Origin: an uncultured Bacilli bacterium
GTDB lineage: Bacteria; Bacillota_I; Bacilli_A; RF39; UBA660
NCBI GenBank assembly: GCA_944371995.1
Contig: CALVYD010000005.1
Coordinates: 4,844-68,843, forward strand
Length of the DNA stretch: 64,000 bases
Reading direction: 5' to 3'
The notes beneath the pieces are model-generated. The model made no database searches, was not told where the DNA came from, and worked only from the letters and a program-made list of their open reading frames with translations. Below are positions 63,070 through 64,000 of the stretch, piece after piece (the first letter of the stretch is position 1; each line of letters starts with the position of its first letter). Both the position numbers and the translations under genes were made by a program.

Positions 63070-63098
63070 CTCAAGAATTAAGTTTACTTAATTCTTTT
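63070..63098 (+). terminator. Terminator of the dedA-family gene; contains the 24-nt sequence identical to the TnpB element's right flank, preceded by CTCAA
   Basis: ctcaa at 63070-63074. Stem aagaattaag / cttaattctt (63073-63096), loop ttta, T-run. Confidence 0.8.
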
Positions 63099-63148
63099 AA
63101 TTTGTTATAATATAAAAACCGACGAATTATAATAGAATAGGTGATTAT

Positions 63149-63823
63149 ATGAGACAATTAAAAATTATGAGCATGGATTTTTCTCCTAATTTTTTACTTT
63201 CTAGAAGAATGATACCAGGGCAAAATGAAGCGATGATGAAGATTGCTTCCTCTTATATTCAAGAAGAACATTCTTTTGATGTCGTTTTATTACAAGGAAA
63301 GAATGCCTATCAAAGAGGAATAGAACTAGCAAAACGAGGAGATTATCATCTTTTCTCCGAAAAAAACGCCTCATCTGCGATTTTAACGAAACAAGATTTG
63401 CCAGTTTATAAAGATTTTGTTATTCCAGGTGTAGGTAATATCGTTATTATACCGACAGTATATAACTATCTTTCTATCGCATCTGTTTCTCTAACAAGTA
63501 AAAAAGAAGAAGAAAGATTGCTAAAAACATGGAACAGATTTACAGATTATGATTCCAAAGAAATACATACAGAATTACAAGTAGTAGGAGGACTATTCCA
63601 ATCACAACAGAGTTTAGCAGAGGTTGCTAATAAGACAAACTTAATAGATACTGCTCAAAGAATTCAATCAAATTGTGATGAATTAAAAAATGATAGTTAC
63701 TCAATATTAATATCTAAAGAAATGAAATTAATAGATCCGGTGCCACATAGACAGACAGGACTTGTGAAAGAAAAATATATTAAACATTGTCCTATTGGTA
63801 TTTCTGTACAATATACTAATTAA
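63149..63823 (+). CDS. Hypothetical protein, possibly a degenerate endonuclease/exonuclease/phosphatase fold
   Basis: RBS aggtga. LKIMSMDFS and FDVVLLQG loosely resemble EEP motifs, but the catalytic Glu is replaced by Gly. Confidence 0.5.
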   Translation: MRQLKIMSMDFSPNFLLSRRMIPGQNEAMMKIASSYIQEEHSFDVVLLQGKNAYQRGIELAKRGDYHLFSEKNASSAILTKQDLPVYKDFVIPGVGNIVIIPTVYNYLSIASVSLTSKKEEERLLKTWNRFTDYDSKEIHTELQVVGGLFQSQQSLAEVANKTNLIDTAQRIQSNCDELKNDSYSILISKEMKLIDPVPHRQTGLVKEKYIKHCPIGISVQYTN

Positions 63824-63856
63824 ATAAGGTAACAACATAGTTACCTTATTTTTTTA

Positions 63857-63910
63857 TTGACAAATGACAAGTTGTCATATATAATGAATAATTGTATGAC
63901 AACCTGTCAT
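63857..63910 (+). promoter_or_regulatory. Promoter with two palindromic operators upstream of a TetR-family gene
   Basis: TTGACA at 63857-63862, 17-nt spacer, TATAAT at 63880-63885. ATGACAAGTTGTCAT (63864-63878) fills the spacer. ATGACAACCTGTCAT (63896-63910) follows the -10 box. Confidence 0.7.
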
Positions 63911-63937
63911 ATTATAGATATTAAAGGTGGTGTTACC

Positions 63938-64000
63938 ATGCCTAGTCAAACGTTTCTAAATCTAGATTCTAGTAAACGAAATAAATTATTAGAAGCCGCT
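63938..64000 (+). CDS. TetR/AcrR-family regulator, 5' fragment (continues beyond window)
   Basis: RBS aaaggtgg. MPSQTFLNLDSSKRNKLLEAA is a typical TetR N-terminus. Confidence 0.6.
   Translation, partial: MPSQTFLNLDSSKRNKLLEAA

Noticed and set aside
1-64000. CRISPR arrays, restriction-modification or other known defence systems, prophage, integrase or conjugation genes, and rRNA operons.
   Set aside because: None was found on either strand. The only mobile-element signature is the solo tnpB, and the only RNA gene is tRNA-Glu. No pilus assembly genes accompany the pilin-like proteins.

Overview
A 64 kb chromosomal segment from a low-GC (about 30% by eye) Gram-positive Firmicute, probably Erysipelotrichia/Bacilli-like. 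It uses the standard genetic code, and almost all genes lie on the + strand. The backbone is housekeeping: mtaB, recD2, parE/parC, ylbD-E-F-like genes with rsmD, a CIRCE-controlled hrcA-grpE-dnaK-(pepF)-dnaJ cluster, thyA-folA, rnhC, cvpA, trxA, ppdK, corA, a dedA-family gene and one tRNA-Glu(CUC). Accessory and orphan genes are interspersed among these. The strongest candidate for something undescribed is a dispersed family of three surface proteins whose N-termini are type IV prepilin-like (class III) signals. Two are giant paralogs (1,242 and 1,101 aa, at 7915-11643 and 46424-49729). Each has a textbook G/FTLIE leader and a pilin-like head fused to about 1,000 aa of cysteine-rich Ig-like modules. 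The modules are duplicated and reordered between the copies, and each copy sits in its own duplicated promoter-to-terminator cassette. The third (630 aa, 23371-25263) has a Glu5-less GF leader fused to a glycine-rich domain, a discoidin-like domain and a ricin-B-like lectin domain. No pilus or pseudopilus machinery is present in the window. Other notable items follow. (1) A solo IS605-family tnpB element with an inferable omega-RNA guide, whose 24-nt target is repeated exactly, with the same CTCAA 5' flank, 7.5 kb downstream. (2) Two neighbouring genes interrupted exactly at canonical -1 slippery heptamers (U UUU UUA and A AAA AAG). (3) A 21-aa-period LRR gene wedged between parE and parC. (4) pepF inserted between dnaK and dnaJ. 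(5) A sortase B gene with a substrate carrying an SPNTL motif. (6) A ClpX-like AAA+ unfoldase with a novel N-terminal domain plus two orphan genes next to the tRNA. All functional calls rest on motif recognition by eye; no database search was possible.
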